The notes beneath the pieces were generated by a model. It was not told the origin of the DNA, made no database searches, and worked only from the letters and a program-made list of their open reading frames with translations. The position numbers and the translations under genes were made by a program. Below are positions 42,901-52,584 of a stretch of DNA of 64,000 nucleotides, in pieces (the first letter of the stretch is position 1; every line of letters starts with the position of its first letter). The DNA comes from an uncultured Bacilli bacterium (GTDB taxonomy: Bacteria > Bacillota_I > Bacilli_A > RF39 > UBA660): NCBI GenBank assembly GCA_944358415.1, contig CALVRA010000003.1, forward strand, positions 17,790-81,789, in the 5' to 3' direction.

Positions 42901-45871
42901 TATTTTTTAATTTATCATAAATAAACTTGAACATACTCGTCATAAAATCTTCCATATATCCTGGCTCTGCCATCATCTTTTCAAACATATCTGTATTTTG
43001 CTGATATCTTCTAAAAGCTTTCCTTTGAAACTCATCATTATAAACCTTTCTAAAAGATTCAGGATCATTATGTTTAGCAAGATTTACCATTTCTTCATCA
43101 TCTAAGAAATCTTGTGTAATTTGTTCCATTACTTTATCCATATTCGTAAAATTTGTTTTATATCTTTGGTTTATCTTATCTACAAGAACGCTTAGTGGTT
43201 CTTTTTCTTCTTCCTTTTTTCCTATTGTGCCTTTTGGTGGATTTAATTCACCTTCTTCGGAAGTTAATTCAATAGAACCCTCGAATTTTTTCTCTAATCT
43301 ATAATATTCTAATTCTATTTTATCATCTAAGTCTATTGTTGTTTCGTGATCTTTTGGTAATGTTTTATTTAAATATTTACAAAATATATATTTACTTTGA
43401 ATGTCTTTATCCATCATCCTAGCTACTTGTACAACAAATCCATAACTTCTAATAAAAGCTTGAAGCACTGATTTAAATTCTCTTTGATCTTCTTTTTTCA
43501 TATCCATGAATTTTTTTCTTGCTGGGTATAAATAAAAATTCAATTTTGCCATATCCTCTTTGCCACTATAATACACTTTAGCAAATTCATGTGTTTCTTG
43601 TTCAGAAAATAATCTATATGCTTCTACTCTTTTATAAATTGCATATACATTATTTGGATCAACACCTTCTGTTAAATTAGTAGCCTGATAATATGGTTGG
43701 AAAGAATCTCTAATTTCATCAGCAGTATTCACAAAATCTAAAACAAATGTATCTGTTTTACCTGGATATGTTCTATTTAACCTTGAAAGTGTTTGCACAG
43801 CTTTTACACCATATAATGGTTTATCAACAAACATTGTATGTAATAATGGTTCGTCAAAACCAGTCTGATATTTTTCTGCAACAATTAAGACGTTATAAGA
43901 CTCTTTAAATCTTTTTGGCAATTGGCTTTCTTTTATGTGCTCATTATTACCTTTATAATCAATATTTAGTTTTTCTTCGCTTAATGTTTCTCCTTCGTCA
44001 GTTAATTCTCCTGAAAAAGCAACTAACACGTCTACATCAGTTATATTATGCTTTTGAATATATTTTCTAAATTCTTTTAAATACCTTACAGCATGTAATC
44101 TAGAAGAAGTAACGACCATTGCCTTAGCTTTTCCTCCTATTTTATATCTTGTAGTATTTAAAAAATGTTCTATCATAATTGCTGCTTTTTGACTCAAATT
44201 ATGTGGATGTAGTGACTCATATCTTGCTATTGCCTTCATTCCTTTTGAAATTTTAACTTCAGGATCATCTGATGCACTTTTTACAATTTTGTAATACATA
44301 TCATAAGTCATATAGTTTTTTAGTACATCTAATATAAACCCTTCTTCAATAGCTTGTTGCATTGAATATACATGATATGGTCTATAACTACCATCAGCTT
44401 GTTTGGTTCCAAAAAGTTGCAATGTTTTATCTTTTGGAGTAGCAGTAAATGCAAAGAATGACATATTTGAATGGTTACCATGAGATGCTAATTCATTCAT
44501 TAGAAGATCATCATCATCTAGTCTGCTATTTTCCTCTGCAAGTTCACTTCTTGCGTATTCTTCTAATATTTCTTCAGTATTACCTAATCCTTCTTTTAAT
44601 TTAGACGCACTTGTTCCTGTTTGAGATGAGTGTGCTTCATCAACTATAACAGCAAATCTCTTTTCAACACTATTTATTTCAGTATATATTCTTGGAAATT
44701 TTTGTAACGTAGTAATGATTATTTTTTTACCATCATTAATTGCTTCTAATAAATTCTTTGAAGTTTTACCTTTGTCAATTTTTACAACTGTACCTGGGAC
44801 ATGATCGAATTGGTAAATTGTATTTTGTAACTGACTATCCAATACCTTTCTATCAGTAACAACAATTACTGAATCAAATATTTTGTTATCATTATTATCA
44901 TGTAAAGATGATAATCTATATGAGAGCCAAGCGATAGAATTTGATTTTCCTGATCCAGCACTATGCTGAATTAAATAATTTTTACCACTACCATTTTCTT
45001 TTACATCTTCTACTAATTTTGTTACTACATCTAATTGATGGTATCTTGGGAAAATTATTTTTCCTGTTTTCCAAGATTTAGATGGATCATAATCTAAATG
45101 CATATATTTTTGTAATATTTCAAGAAGCGAATCTTTGCATAATACTTTCTCCCATAAATAAGAGGTCCCAAATCCATCTTTATTATTTGGATTTCCTGCC
45201 CCACCTACATTTCCAGCTCCATTAGATCCTTGATTAAAGGGTAAAAAATACGTATTAGCTTTATCAAGTTTAGTAGTCATTACACATTCAAATAAATCTA
45301 CTCCAAAATATACTAAGCTTCTCTGATTAAATCTAAATATTGGTTCATTTGGATCTCTATCATATTTAAATTGATGTATTGAATTATTTATATCTTGTCC
45401 TGTATATTGATTTTTTAACTCCATTATTACAATGGGAAAACCATTTACAAATAATGTGATATCGACACTATTTTCATTATCCATAGAATAATGTAATTGT
45501 CTTACACATTCTAATATATTACCATCATATAATTCTTCTAAATCAGGATTCATTGTTGTCTCTGGCTTAAAAAATACTAGTCTAAATTCCATACCATCCA
45601 ATTTGATTTTATCTCTTAACGTAGCAAGTAATCCATGCTCTTTAATCTGTTCCTCAACTTTTTCTAAAAAATATTCTTTAGTATATTCTCCATGAATAGA
45701 TGCTAATCTCATCCATTTTTTATTTTGAGTAGATGTAATAAAATCAATTAGAGATTTCGGATTATATCCTTTTAATCTATCATACCCTAATCCATCACTA
45801 ATATGATATCCGCCTCTAGTAACTAAATATTTTTCTATTGATTCTTCAAAGTTTCTTTCTTTCGTTTCCAT
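42893..45871 (-). CDS. hsdR: Type I restriction enzyme R subunit (HsdR)
   Basis: 992 aa. Motifs HSAGSGKSNSIAW, VDEAHSSQ, FTATP and QTLSRLNR. Standard HsdR architecture. Confidence 0.93.
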   Translation of the reverse strand: METKERNFEESIEKYLVTRGGYHISDGLGYDRLKGYNPKSLIDFITSTQNKKWMRLASIHGEYTKEYFLEKVEEQIKEHGLLATLRDKIKLDGMEFRLVFFKPETTMNPDLEELYDGNILECVRQLHYSMDNENSVDITLFVNGFPIVIMELKNQYTGQDINNSIHQFKYDRDPNEPIFRFNQRSLVYFGVDLFECVMTTKLDKANTYFLPFNQGSNGAGNVGGAGNPNNKDGFGTSYLWEKVLCKDSLLEILQKYMHLDYDPSKSWKTGKIIFPRYHQLDVVTKLVEDVKENGSGKNYLIQHSAGSGKSNSIAWLSYRLSSLHDNNDNKIFDSVIVVTDRKVLDSQLQNTIYQFDHVPGTVVKIDKGKTSKNLLEAINDGKKIIITTLQKFPRIYTEINSVEKRFAVIVDEAHSSQTGTSASKLKEGLGNTEEILEEYARSELAEENSRLDDDDLLMNELASHGNHSNMSFFAFTATPKDKTLQLFGTKQADGSYRPYHVYSMQQAIEEGFILDVLKNYMTYDMYYKIVKSASDDPEVKISKGMKAIARYESLHPHNLSQKAAIMIEHFLNTTRYKIGGKAKAMVVTSSRLHAVRYLKEFRKYIQKHNITDVDVLVAFSGELTDEGETLSEEKLNIDYKGNNEHIKESQLPKRFKESYNVLIVAEKYQTGFDEPLLHTMFVDKPLYGVKAVQTLSRLNRTYPGKTDTFVLDFVNTADEIRDSFQPYYQATNLTEGVDPNNVYAIYKRVEAYRLFSEQETHEFAKVYYSGKEDMAKLNFYLYPARKKFMDMKKEDQREFKSVLQAFIRSYGFVVQVARMMDKDIQSKYIFCKYLNKTLPKDHETTIDLDDKIELEYYRLEKKFEGSIELTSEEGELNPPKGTIGKKEEEKEPLSVLVDKINQRYKTNFTNMDKVMEQITQDFLDDEEMVNLAKHNDPESFRKVYNDEFQRKAFRRYQQNTDMFEKMMAEPGYMEDFMTSMFKFIYDKLKNKK

Positions 45872-45872
45872 A

Positions 45873-47117
45873 TTACACCTCTCTTTTACCTGTTACACAT
45901 TCATATATAAGTGACTTTTTATATTCTTCTAACTTTTCTATTATTTGCTTGCGATAATCTATTACCTTATTTATAATATTTACTTTTTTATCCAATAAAG
46001 ATACAATTTGTTCTTCTTCTATTCGTGGTGGCACTGGAAAGTACACATTATATATATGTTTATTATTTAATTGGGGAATAGTGCTAATATCTGCAAGGTT
46101 AGATAATTTTTTACCAGACAAAACATATGCATAAAATTTCAAATTTTCATTGGTTTTCAAAGCCATTACATTTGGATCTAACACACATGGGCTATTAATA
46201 ATCTTAACTTTATTAGTATAGATTGCACCACCTCTTTTGGGAGTTAAAATCATTGGAGGTTTAATCATTTCTGTTTCTTTATTCACTTTTATTCTATCAA
46301 ATTCTTCTTTTATTCTAAATTCACCTATTGTGCTGTTCAAATGTTCTACGCGAACTAAATTTACTTCTTTTTCATAAATATGATTATTATAAGAGCTTAA
46401 TGGTAAATCAAATATATACTTTCCTTTTTTTATTTGCCAATTATATGGAATTTTACCAATCCAATCTACGTTTGAATCTATAAATTTTTCTTTTTTTATT
46501 CCTTTAGTAACATAATCTAAAATAATCGAATGTTTATATTCGTTTAGCAATTCTATTTCTTTGCTGTTATCTTTTATTATTTCATCTATTTTTGAATTTT
46601 TTTTATCAAGATAATCAGCTATTTTTTTTTGCTCTTCTATAGAAGGAAAAATCATTGGTAATGAACTAAACTCTTCATAATTAAGAGTATAACGAATATT
46701 TTTTGAATAGTGCATATATGTTCTATCAAAACCTATGTACTTAAAATAATAACCTGCATAGTTTGGATTCATTGAATTCTTACACTCAATTACCTTATAT
46801 GCTGGAGAAATCATTCCATCATATTTACTTAAACCAGAAAATACAGCAGAACAATCTAAATCAAATAAACACATAATTAAATCATTTTTATTAACTACTT
46901 GATATCCCTCAAAACTTTCTGGTAATTTGCCATTTGGATTATCAATATCTTTTTTCTTTACACCAACAGTTGTTAAAGATAATAATTGATAATTTTCCCA
47001 TTCATCTTTTACTATTTCTTTTTTATAATTAAATGCGTTTTTTATTCTATGTACATTCCAATCGTTCGGTATATTCCCTAAATATCCAATACCACTATCA
47101 ATTAATACTCTACTCAT
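45873..47117 (-). CDS. hsdS: Type I R-M specificity subunit (HsdS, two TRDs)
   Basis: 414 aa with two TRDs, each followed by a conserved helix (PSIEEQKKIADYLD and PVPPRIEEEQIVSLLD). It overlaps hsdM by 8 nt. Confidence 0.9.
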   Translation of the reverse strand: MSRVLIDSGIGYLGNIPNDWNVHRIKNAFNYKKEIVKDEWENYQLLSLTTVGVKKKDIDNPNGKLPESFEGYQVVNKNDLIMCLFDLDCSAVFSGLSKYDGMISPAYKVIECKNSMNPNYAGYYFKYIGFDRTYMHYSKNIRYTLNYEEFSSLPMIFPSIEEQKKIADYLDKKNSKIDEIIKDNSKEIELLNEYKHSIILDYVTKGIKKEKFIDSNVDWIGKIPYNWQIKKGKYIFDLPLSSYNNHIYEKEVNLVRVEHLNSTIGEFRIKEEFDRIKVNKETEMIKPPMILTPKRGGAIYTNKVKIINSPCVLDPNVMALKTNENLKFYAYVLSGKKLSNLADISTIPQLNNKHIYNVYFPVPPRIEEEQIVSLLDKKVNIINKVIDYRKQIIEKLEEYKKSLIYECVTGKREV

Positions 47118-48870
47118 CTTCTTGTAACTCCTTTAAAACTCCATCTAGTTTTTTATCAAGTTCTAATATTTCTTTCATAATTTCTTCAGTTTTACGTGGT
47201 TCTTGATATTTATAAAAATATTTAGTAAATGATATTTCATATCCTATTTTTGTTTTTGATTCATCAATATATGCATATTTTGCAAAAGGAATTACTTCTC
47301 TGTTCATATAATCTTCTATTGTTTCTTGTAAAGGTATATTTTCTGTATCGGTTAATTTTTTATCAGGAATATATTCTCCTTTTTTATTTTTCTTAGGTGT
47401 ACCATCTTCATTTAGTTCGGGTTGTAATACTGTTACTTTTCTATATCCAAAATAATCATTATCGAAAATTTTAGAGTATTCATTTTCAACAAAATCACCA
47501 TAAATTTTAGTTATATTATCAATGTGTTCTTTAGATAATTCATTTCTTTTACTACCCAAATTTTTTCTCATTTTATTATAAAATTCTGAAGCATTAATTA
47601 ATTGAACTTTTCCAGCTCGATGCCCAGGCTTTTTATTTGATAGAATCCAAATATATGTGGCAATTCCTGTGTTATAAAACATATCATTAGGTAATTGAAT
47701 AATACAATCCAATAAGTCATTTTCAATAACATATCTTCTAATTTCAGATTCTCCTGAACCAGCATCTCCTTTAAACAATGCCGAACCATTATGAATAATT
47801 GCAACCTTAGACCCTTCTGGTTTCATCTTAGAAATAGCATTTTGTAAAAACAATAACTGACTATCTGATATTGCTGGAGTGCCAGCAGGAAACCTTCCGT
47901 CGCTACCTTTTTCTGCCTCTTTTAAGACTGCCGCTTTCTCATTTTTCCATTCAATTCCAAACGGAGGATTCATAATTATATAATCGAATGTTTCGCCAGG
48001 AAATAAATCTCCAGATAATGTGTTACCGTGTCTAATGTTATTAGAGTCTTCTCCCTTTATTAACATATCGGCTTTACAAATAGCATAAGTTTGAGCATTT
48101 AATTCTTGACCATAGCATAACATTCTAGATGATGAATTTAACTTTTTAGCATATTCCATTGCAGCTGTAAGCATTCCTCCAGTACCACATGCTCCATCAT
48201 ATACAGTTTTAATTTTAGATGAATCTGCCAACTCTTCTTCATCTTCAAAAATTAAATTTACCATTAACTCAATAACTTCTCTCGGTGTATAATGTTGTCC
48301 AGCATCTTCATTCGAAAGTTCATTAAATCTTCTTATGATTTCTTCAAAAATGTATCCCATTTCAATATTAGAAACATAATCAGGATGCAAATTTGCTTTT
48401 TCAGAATTAAATGTATCAATAACCTGATATAAAATTCCATTAGAAGCCATTTTTTTAATTTGTCTATTCAAATCAAAATTTTTAATAATATCTTTTACTT
48501 CATCTGAATATCCATTTATATAATTGTAGAAATTTTCTTCTATATTATCTGGATCATCTAATAATCTTTTAAAATCATATTTAGATGTATTATAAAACTT
48601 TTGGCCAGCTGTTTCCTTCAAAATAAAATCCCTTTGAGCAAAAGTTTCAGGATATTTTTTTGCCATTTCTAATACTTTATTTTTTGTTTCAGCTAAAACT
48701 GAATCGAATCTTTTTAAAACTGTTAACGGAAGTATAACATCACCATATTCGTGTGGTTTGTAAACTCCTACTAGTTTATCAGCAATACTCCAAATTAGCG
48801 AAGCTTTTTCACTAACAATTTTTGATACTTTTGTTTCCATAAAATCCCTCAATTCACTATATTTCATCAT
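47110..48870 (-). CDS. hsdM: Type I R-M methyltransferase (HsdM)
   Basis: Motif I DGACGTGGML and motif IV NPPFGIEW. N-terminal HsdM_N-like helix bundle. Confidence 0.93.
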   Translation of the reverse strand: MMKYSELRDFMETKVSKIVSEKASLIWSIADKLVGVYKPHEYGDVILPLTVLKRFDSVLAETKNKVLEMAKKYPETFAQRDFILKETAGQKFYNTSKYDFKRLLDDPDNIEENFYNYINGYSDEVKDIIKNFDLNRQIKKMASNGILYQVIDTFNSEKANLHPDYVSNIEMGYIFEEIIRRFNELSNEDAGQHYTPREVIELMVNLIFEDEEELADSSKIKTVYDGACGTGGMLTAAMEYAKKLNSSSRMLCYGQELNAQTYAICKADMLIKGEDSNNIRHGNTLSGDLFPGETFDYIIMNPPFGIEWKNEKAAVLKEAEKGSDGRFPAGTPAISDSQLLFLQNAISKMKPEGSKVAIIHNGSALFKGDAGSGESEIRRYVIENDLLDCIIQLPNDMFYNTGIATYIWILSNKKPGHRAGKVQLINASEFYNKMRKNLGSKRNELSKEHIDNITKIYGDFVENEYSKIFDNDYFGYRKVTVLQPELNEDGTPKKNKKGEYIPDKKLTDTENIPLQETIEDYMNREVIPFAKYAYIDESKTKIGYEISFTKYFYKYQEPRKTEEIMKEILELDKKLDGVLKELQEDE

Positions 48871-49416
48871 AAAACATTATATCATAATTTTATGGATCCC
48901 TCTATACCAGTAATATAATTTAGATTTTATAAATACGAATTTATCCTAAAGTAAGGGCTTGGGGATACCACATAATAGGAAATGTAGCAAAATTCCTTTG
49001 TGCTATACATTTCCATTGCTTGCTAACAGATATAAAATTTACTAACTTCTTCCCCACTGGGTAAAAAGTTAATTTATAATTTTAAAAAATTATCAAAAAA
49101 AGCAATAAATTTAACTATATTTTTTTACCATATTTTGAGGTTTTTAATAAATTTTTTTGAAAATTTTTAGCAAAAATTTTGAAGCCATTTTTTACCAAAT
49201 CCTTATAAAATCAAGGCCTAAAGTAAAAAAAATTGGGAAATTTTTGGACAATTTTTGGATAATAAAAAGAGATTTTTAGGAGATTATTTTGGATATTGAT
49301 TTATGAAAATGGTATGTTATAATATTGTAAACTAGGAAAATTATGAAATTTGATGACTGGTTTATATATGAGAAGTTTTTGACTTCTCTTTTTTTATTGT
49401 AAGAAAGGAGGATATA

Positions 49417-49686
49417 ATGGATAACTTTATTATGATTCCTACAAGTTTAATTACTTTTAAGATGCCTAGAAGTGCAATGTTACTTCTAGGCATTTTATAT
49501 TCTAATTCTAGACAATTAGGTTATGCTTATGGAACGAATAAGTATTATGCTAAACAATTAGGTTGTTCTACTAGGACTATTACTAACCTATTAAAGTATT
49601 TAGTAAATAACAATTATATTACTATTGTTAATGGAAATAGTTTTAAAAGAAAAATATATATTAGAAATAATGTTCTAATTACTTAG
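49417..49686 (+). CDS. winged-HTH DNA-binding protein (putative replication initiator/regulator fragment)
   Basis: 89 aa. The pattern IPTSL......A.LLLG.LYS......GYAY.TN.YYAKQLGCSTRTITNLLKYL..N.YI is typical of HTH replication/regulator N-domains. AGGAGG SD. Confidence 0.5.
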   Translation: MDNFIMIPTSLITFKMPRSAMLLLGILYSNSRQLGYAYGTNKYYAKQLGCSTRTITNLLKYLVNNNYITIVNGNSFKRKIYIRNNVLIT

Positions 49687-49793
49687 TAAATAGTTTCTAG
49701 GTATATAGAAACAGACTTCTTACATAATATATAAATTAAATATATAAATTAAAAATATAATGATAAGATCTTGCAAGATGAGGTCTTTGGGAG

Positions 49794-50249
49794 GTGTTTA
49801 TGAAAATTAATGATTATATTTTAGTGCATGGTAAAATAATTAACATTAAAAATAATGTTGATGATAAATATATTTGGTTTGATATAGTAAAAGATGAATA
49901 CTTTAAAGATAAGGATGGAAATTTAAAAAATTATCCATCCTTTTTTAGTGCCAGAATCCCCAAAACAATTGCGAATAAATACATCCTTGATACAAATATT
50001 GAAATTGTTGTAAAAGGTATTCCTAAAGGTTATTTAGATAAAAATGGATATAGACAAAACTATATACACGCTACGGAAATTAATGGTGTAGAAATTAACG
50101 AAGATATACTAAATCAAGTGATTAGTTATGATACTGATGGAATTATGTTATGGAATGGAAAAAGATGTGAATCGATTCCTACTACTAAAGAAGAACAATT
50201 AGAACTTCAGAAAATGATAAACGAAATATGTGGAAAGGATTATGAATAA
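49794..50249 (+). CDS. hypothetical protein (possible OB-fold, SSB-like N-terminal half)
   Basis: GGGAGG SD with the likely ATG at 49800. The beta-rich N-terminal pattern (ILVHGKIINI...IVVKGIPKGY...IHATEI) suggests an OB fold. Weak call. Confidence 0.45.
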   Translation: MFMKINDYILVHGKIINIKNNVDDKYIWFDIVKDEYFKDKDGNLKNYPSFFSARIPKTIANKYILDTNIEIVVKGIPKGYLDKNGYRQNYIHATEINGVEINEDILNQVISYDTDGIMLWNGKRCESIPTTKEEQLELQKMINEICGKDYE

Positions 50250-50476
50250 TGAATGCTAAAGAAACATTAGAATTAATTTCTAAACAATGGTGTAATTTGG
50301 ATGATTTAATGAAATTATCCAATCTTGGAATTAATAATGCTTTCAAGTTAAAAAAAGAAATAAAAACACTTTGTGAAGAAAAAGGCTACCTACTTCCAAA
50401 AGGTTTATTACCTATGTGTGAAGTGGTAGCTTATTTAAAAATTAATATTGATTACTTAAAAGATATGAGTAACTAA
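50249..50476 (+). CDS. small HTH protein, putative excisionase/regulator (paralog of 34389-34661)
   Basis: See the paralog. The start overlaps the upstream stop (ATAATG). Confidence 0.5.
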   Translation: MNAKETLELISKQWCNLDDLMKLSNLGINNAFKLKKEIKTLCEEKGYLLPKGLLPMCEVVAYLKINIDYLKDMSN

Positions 50477-50510
50477 CCCATAATATGCTATAATATGGGT
50501 TAATCATTAT

Positions 50511-51113
50511 TTGAAAGGAGACTATATGAAAGAAATTACAAATGCTATTAAACAATTTACAGATATTTATAAAAGTAGTTTATCACCAGATTGGGTTAAC
50601 ATTATTTGTGGTATACTTTTACCATTAGTAATATCAGTTATTGTAATTTTTCAAAATAAAAAAATAAATAAAAACAACGAAAAATTACAAAAGAATATTT
50701 ATAATCATGAAGTTAGAAACAAAAAATATGATATTATATTAAATTCTTATGTAGCATATATAGATGTCGTACAATCATTACCTTTATCTAAAGAAGGCCT
50801 TAATTGCTTATCAAATAATAATCCTATAGCGACTGAAATAATAACTAATATTATAAATGCTAGAGAAAGAATATTGTTGGAAACAAAGAAACTAAAATTA
50901 TTATTGAAAAATGATATCGAATTAATAACTACCATTGAGCAGCTTAATACACTATATCAGGAAATTGCTAATGATATTACTTTTGGTGTTGTTAAAAAAA
51001 CAGAGATAAACACTAAGAATGTATTAGAAAAAATAAGACAATATCAACAATTAGTTGAATCTGAAAATTACGATAAGCTATTCGAAAAATATTTAACTAT
51101 TGATGAAATTTGA
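50511..51113 (+). CDS. hypothetical single-pass membrane protein
   Basis: AAAGGAG SD with the likely ATG at 50526. TM segment NIICGILLPLVISVIVIF. Followed by the AGAGC-ACTAA-GCTCT plus T7 terminator at about 51121-51142. Confidence 0.5.
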   Translation: MKGDYMKEITNAIKQFTDIYKSSLSPDWVNIICGILLPLVISVIVIFQNKKINKNNEKLQKNIYNHEVRNKKYDIILNSYVAYIDVVQSLPLSKEGLNCLSNNNPIATEIITNIINARERILLETKKLKLLLKNDIELITTIEQLNTLYQEIANDITFGVVKKTEINTKNVLEKIRQYQQLVESENYDKLFEKYLTIDEI

Positions 51114-51195
51114 TTTTGAGAGCACTAAGCTCTTTTTTTATTTACTTTAATATGAAAATTCGTAAACTAGTAAGAAGTTTTATTTTGTTATATAA

Positions 51196-52356
51196 TTGGC
51201 TCGCATGATTGATTTATTTGTGTGGCCAGTAAAGGAGGATTATATGGCTGTTAAACAAGTAAGTAAAGAAGAAGCAACTAAAGATGGTCGCAGGTGGATA
51301 TTTTATAATTATTTATATTTAAGTGATGGAACTAGAAAAAAATATAAATCTAAAAAGTTTGCGACAAGAAATGAAGCTGTTAAAGCCGAACAAAATTTTA
51401 TGTCTAAAGTTGAGAAAAAAGAAATTAATGTTACGGACATGACTTTTAAAGATTTATATGAAGAATTTTACGCTTATAAATCAGATAAAGTTAAGTCTAC
51501 AACTATGAGAACATATCGTGAAAGAATTGCTTCTTTAAAGATGCTAGAAAAAGTAAAAGTTAGAGATTTTAATATTACTCATTATTTAAAATGGCGAACT
51601 ATGATTTCCAATAAACCAGTTGCTGTTAAAACTAAAAATCATTATCATAAGTTTTTAAAAGAAATTCTAAATTATGGAACAAAGTGGCATGACTTTAATT
51701 TTACTTCTGTGTATAACAGAATGGAAAAGTTTACTGATCCTAACGCTGTACCAAAAGAAATGGATTATTATACTTATGAAGAATTTAAAAAGTTTATTGC
51801 ATGTGAAGATGATTTAAAGTTTATTTGTGTATTTGAAATATTATATTATTGTGGTCTTCGTAGAGGAGAACTTAGAGGTCTTACTTGGGATAACATTAAT
51901 TTTGAAGATAAGACTTTATCTATTGTTAAAAATGTTGTGAATGAAAATGGCGATGGTGGTTATTGGAAGATTACTACTCCTAAAACTCGTACCTCTACTA
52001 GGACAATACCAATGCCAGATATTTTAGTTAATCATTTAAAAGAATATAAGAAGCAAGTTTCTAAATATTATAACTTTAATCAGAAATGGTTTGTAGTTGG
52101 TGATGTTTCTCCCCTACACCCAGATGTTCTTAGAAAAAGAAAAAATAAAAATGCAATGAGTGCCGGTTTAAAACAAATTAGAATTCATGATTTTAGACAT
52201 TCTTGTGCATCTTTACTCATTAATAATGGTGCTAATATCATGATTGTTGCTAAATACTTAGGACACGCTAAAATTGATGAAACATTAAATACTTATTCTC
52301 ACCTATTTAAAAATAAAATGGATGATATTGTTAATATGATGAATCATTTAAAATAG
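51196..52356 (+). CDS. int: tyrosine recombinase/integrase (island B)
   Basis: AAGGAGG SD with the likely ATG at 51244. HDFRHSCASLLINNGANIMIVAKYLGHAKIDETLNTYSHLF is nearly identical to the island A integrase C-terminus. Confidence 0.9.
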   Translation: MARMIDLFVWPVKEDYMAVKQVSKEEATKDGRRWIFYNYLYLSDGTRKKYKSKKFATRNEAVKAEQNFMSKVEKKEINVTDMTFKDLYEEFYAYKSDKVKSTTMRTYRERIASLKMLEKVKVRDFNITHYLKWRTMISNKPVAVKTKNHYHKFLKEILNYGTKWHDFNFTSVYNRMEKFTDPNAVPKEMDYYTYEEFKKFIACEDDLKFICVFEILYYCGLRRGELRGLTWDNINFEDKTLSIVKNVVNENGDGGYWKITTPKTRTSTRTIPMPDILVNHLKEYKKQVSKYYNFNQKWFVVGDVSPLHPDVLRKRKNKNAMSAGLKQIRIHDFRHSCASLLINNGANIMIVAKYLGHAKIDETLNTYSHLFKNKMDDIVNMMNHLK

Positions 52357-52391
52357 TTATTTACAATAAAAAAAGACTTTTTCAAGTCTCT

Positions 52392-52415
52392 GGGTACCTA
52401 ATTGGGTACCTAAAA
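52392..52415 (+). repeat. arm-type repeats (GGGTACCTAA-TT-GGGTACCTAAAA), right end of island B
   Basis: Two direct copies about 60 bp before core copy 3. The shared motif TCACAAACC (52429-52437) also occurs at 40264-40272. Confidence 0.65.
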
Positions 52416-52449
52416 TATATTTATAAGGTCACAAACCCTTTGATATCAA

Positions 52450-52523
52450 CAAAAAGTGGAGCCTTGCGGCTCCTTCAGGGGGATTGCTACTGGATAATGA
52501 AGTAGCTTGTATATTATATATAC
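52450..52523 (-). ncRNA. candidate small RNA or recG 3'-UTR/terminator unit that contains the island att core
   Basis: The minus strand has TTGACA (52558-52553), a 17-nt spacer and TAAAAT (52535-52530). Then come the hairpin GCTACT..AGTAGC, single-stranded AAUCCCCCUGAA, and the terminator GGAGCC-GCAA-GGCTCC plus T5. Confidence 0.3.
52473..52482. repeat. att core copy 3 (CTTCAGGGGG), right junction of island B
   Basis: Preceded by the island-B-borne hairpin GGAGCC-TTGC-GGCTCC (52458-52473). Followed by chromosomal GCTACT-N9-AGTAGC. Confidence 0.75.
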
Positions 52524-52584
52524 ATTAAAATTTTATTACTGTTATTTAATATTGTCAATAGTTTTTATTGTATTTTTTACACAA

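Larger units (their letters stand above)
40317..52482. mobile_element. Integrative island B (~12.2 kb, repressor-less satellite-like element)
   Basis: Bounded by core copies 2 and 3, with GGGTRCCTAA arm repeats at both ends. It carries an integrase ~60-70% similar by eye to island A's, Type I R-M, and a HEPN-like gene pair. Confidence 0.7.
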
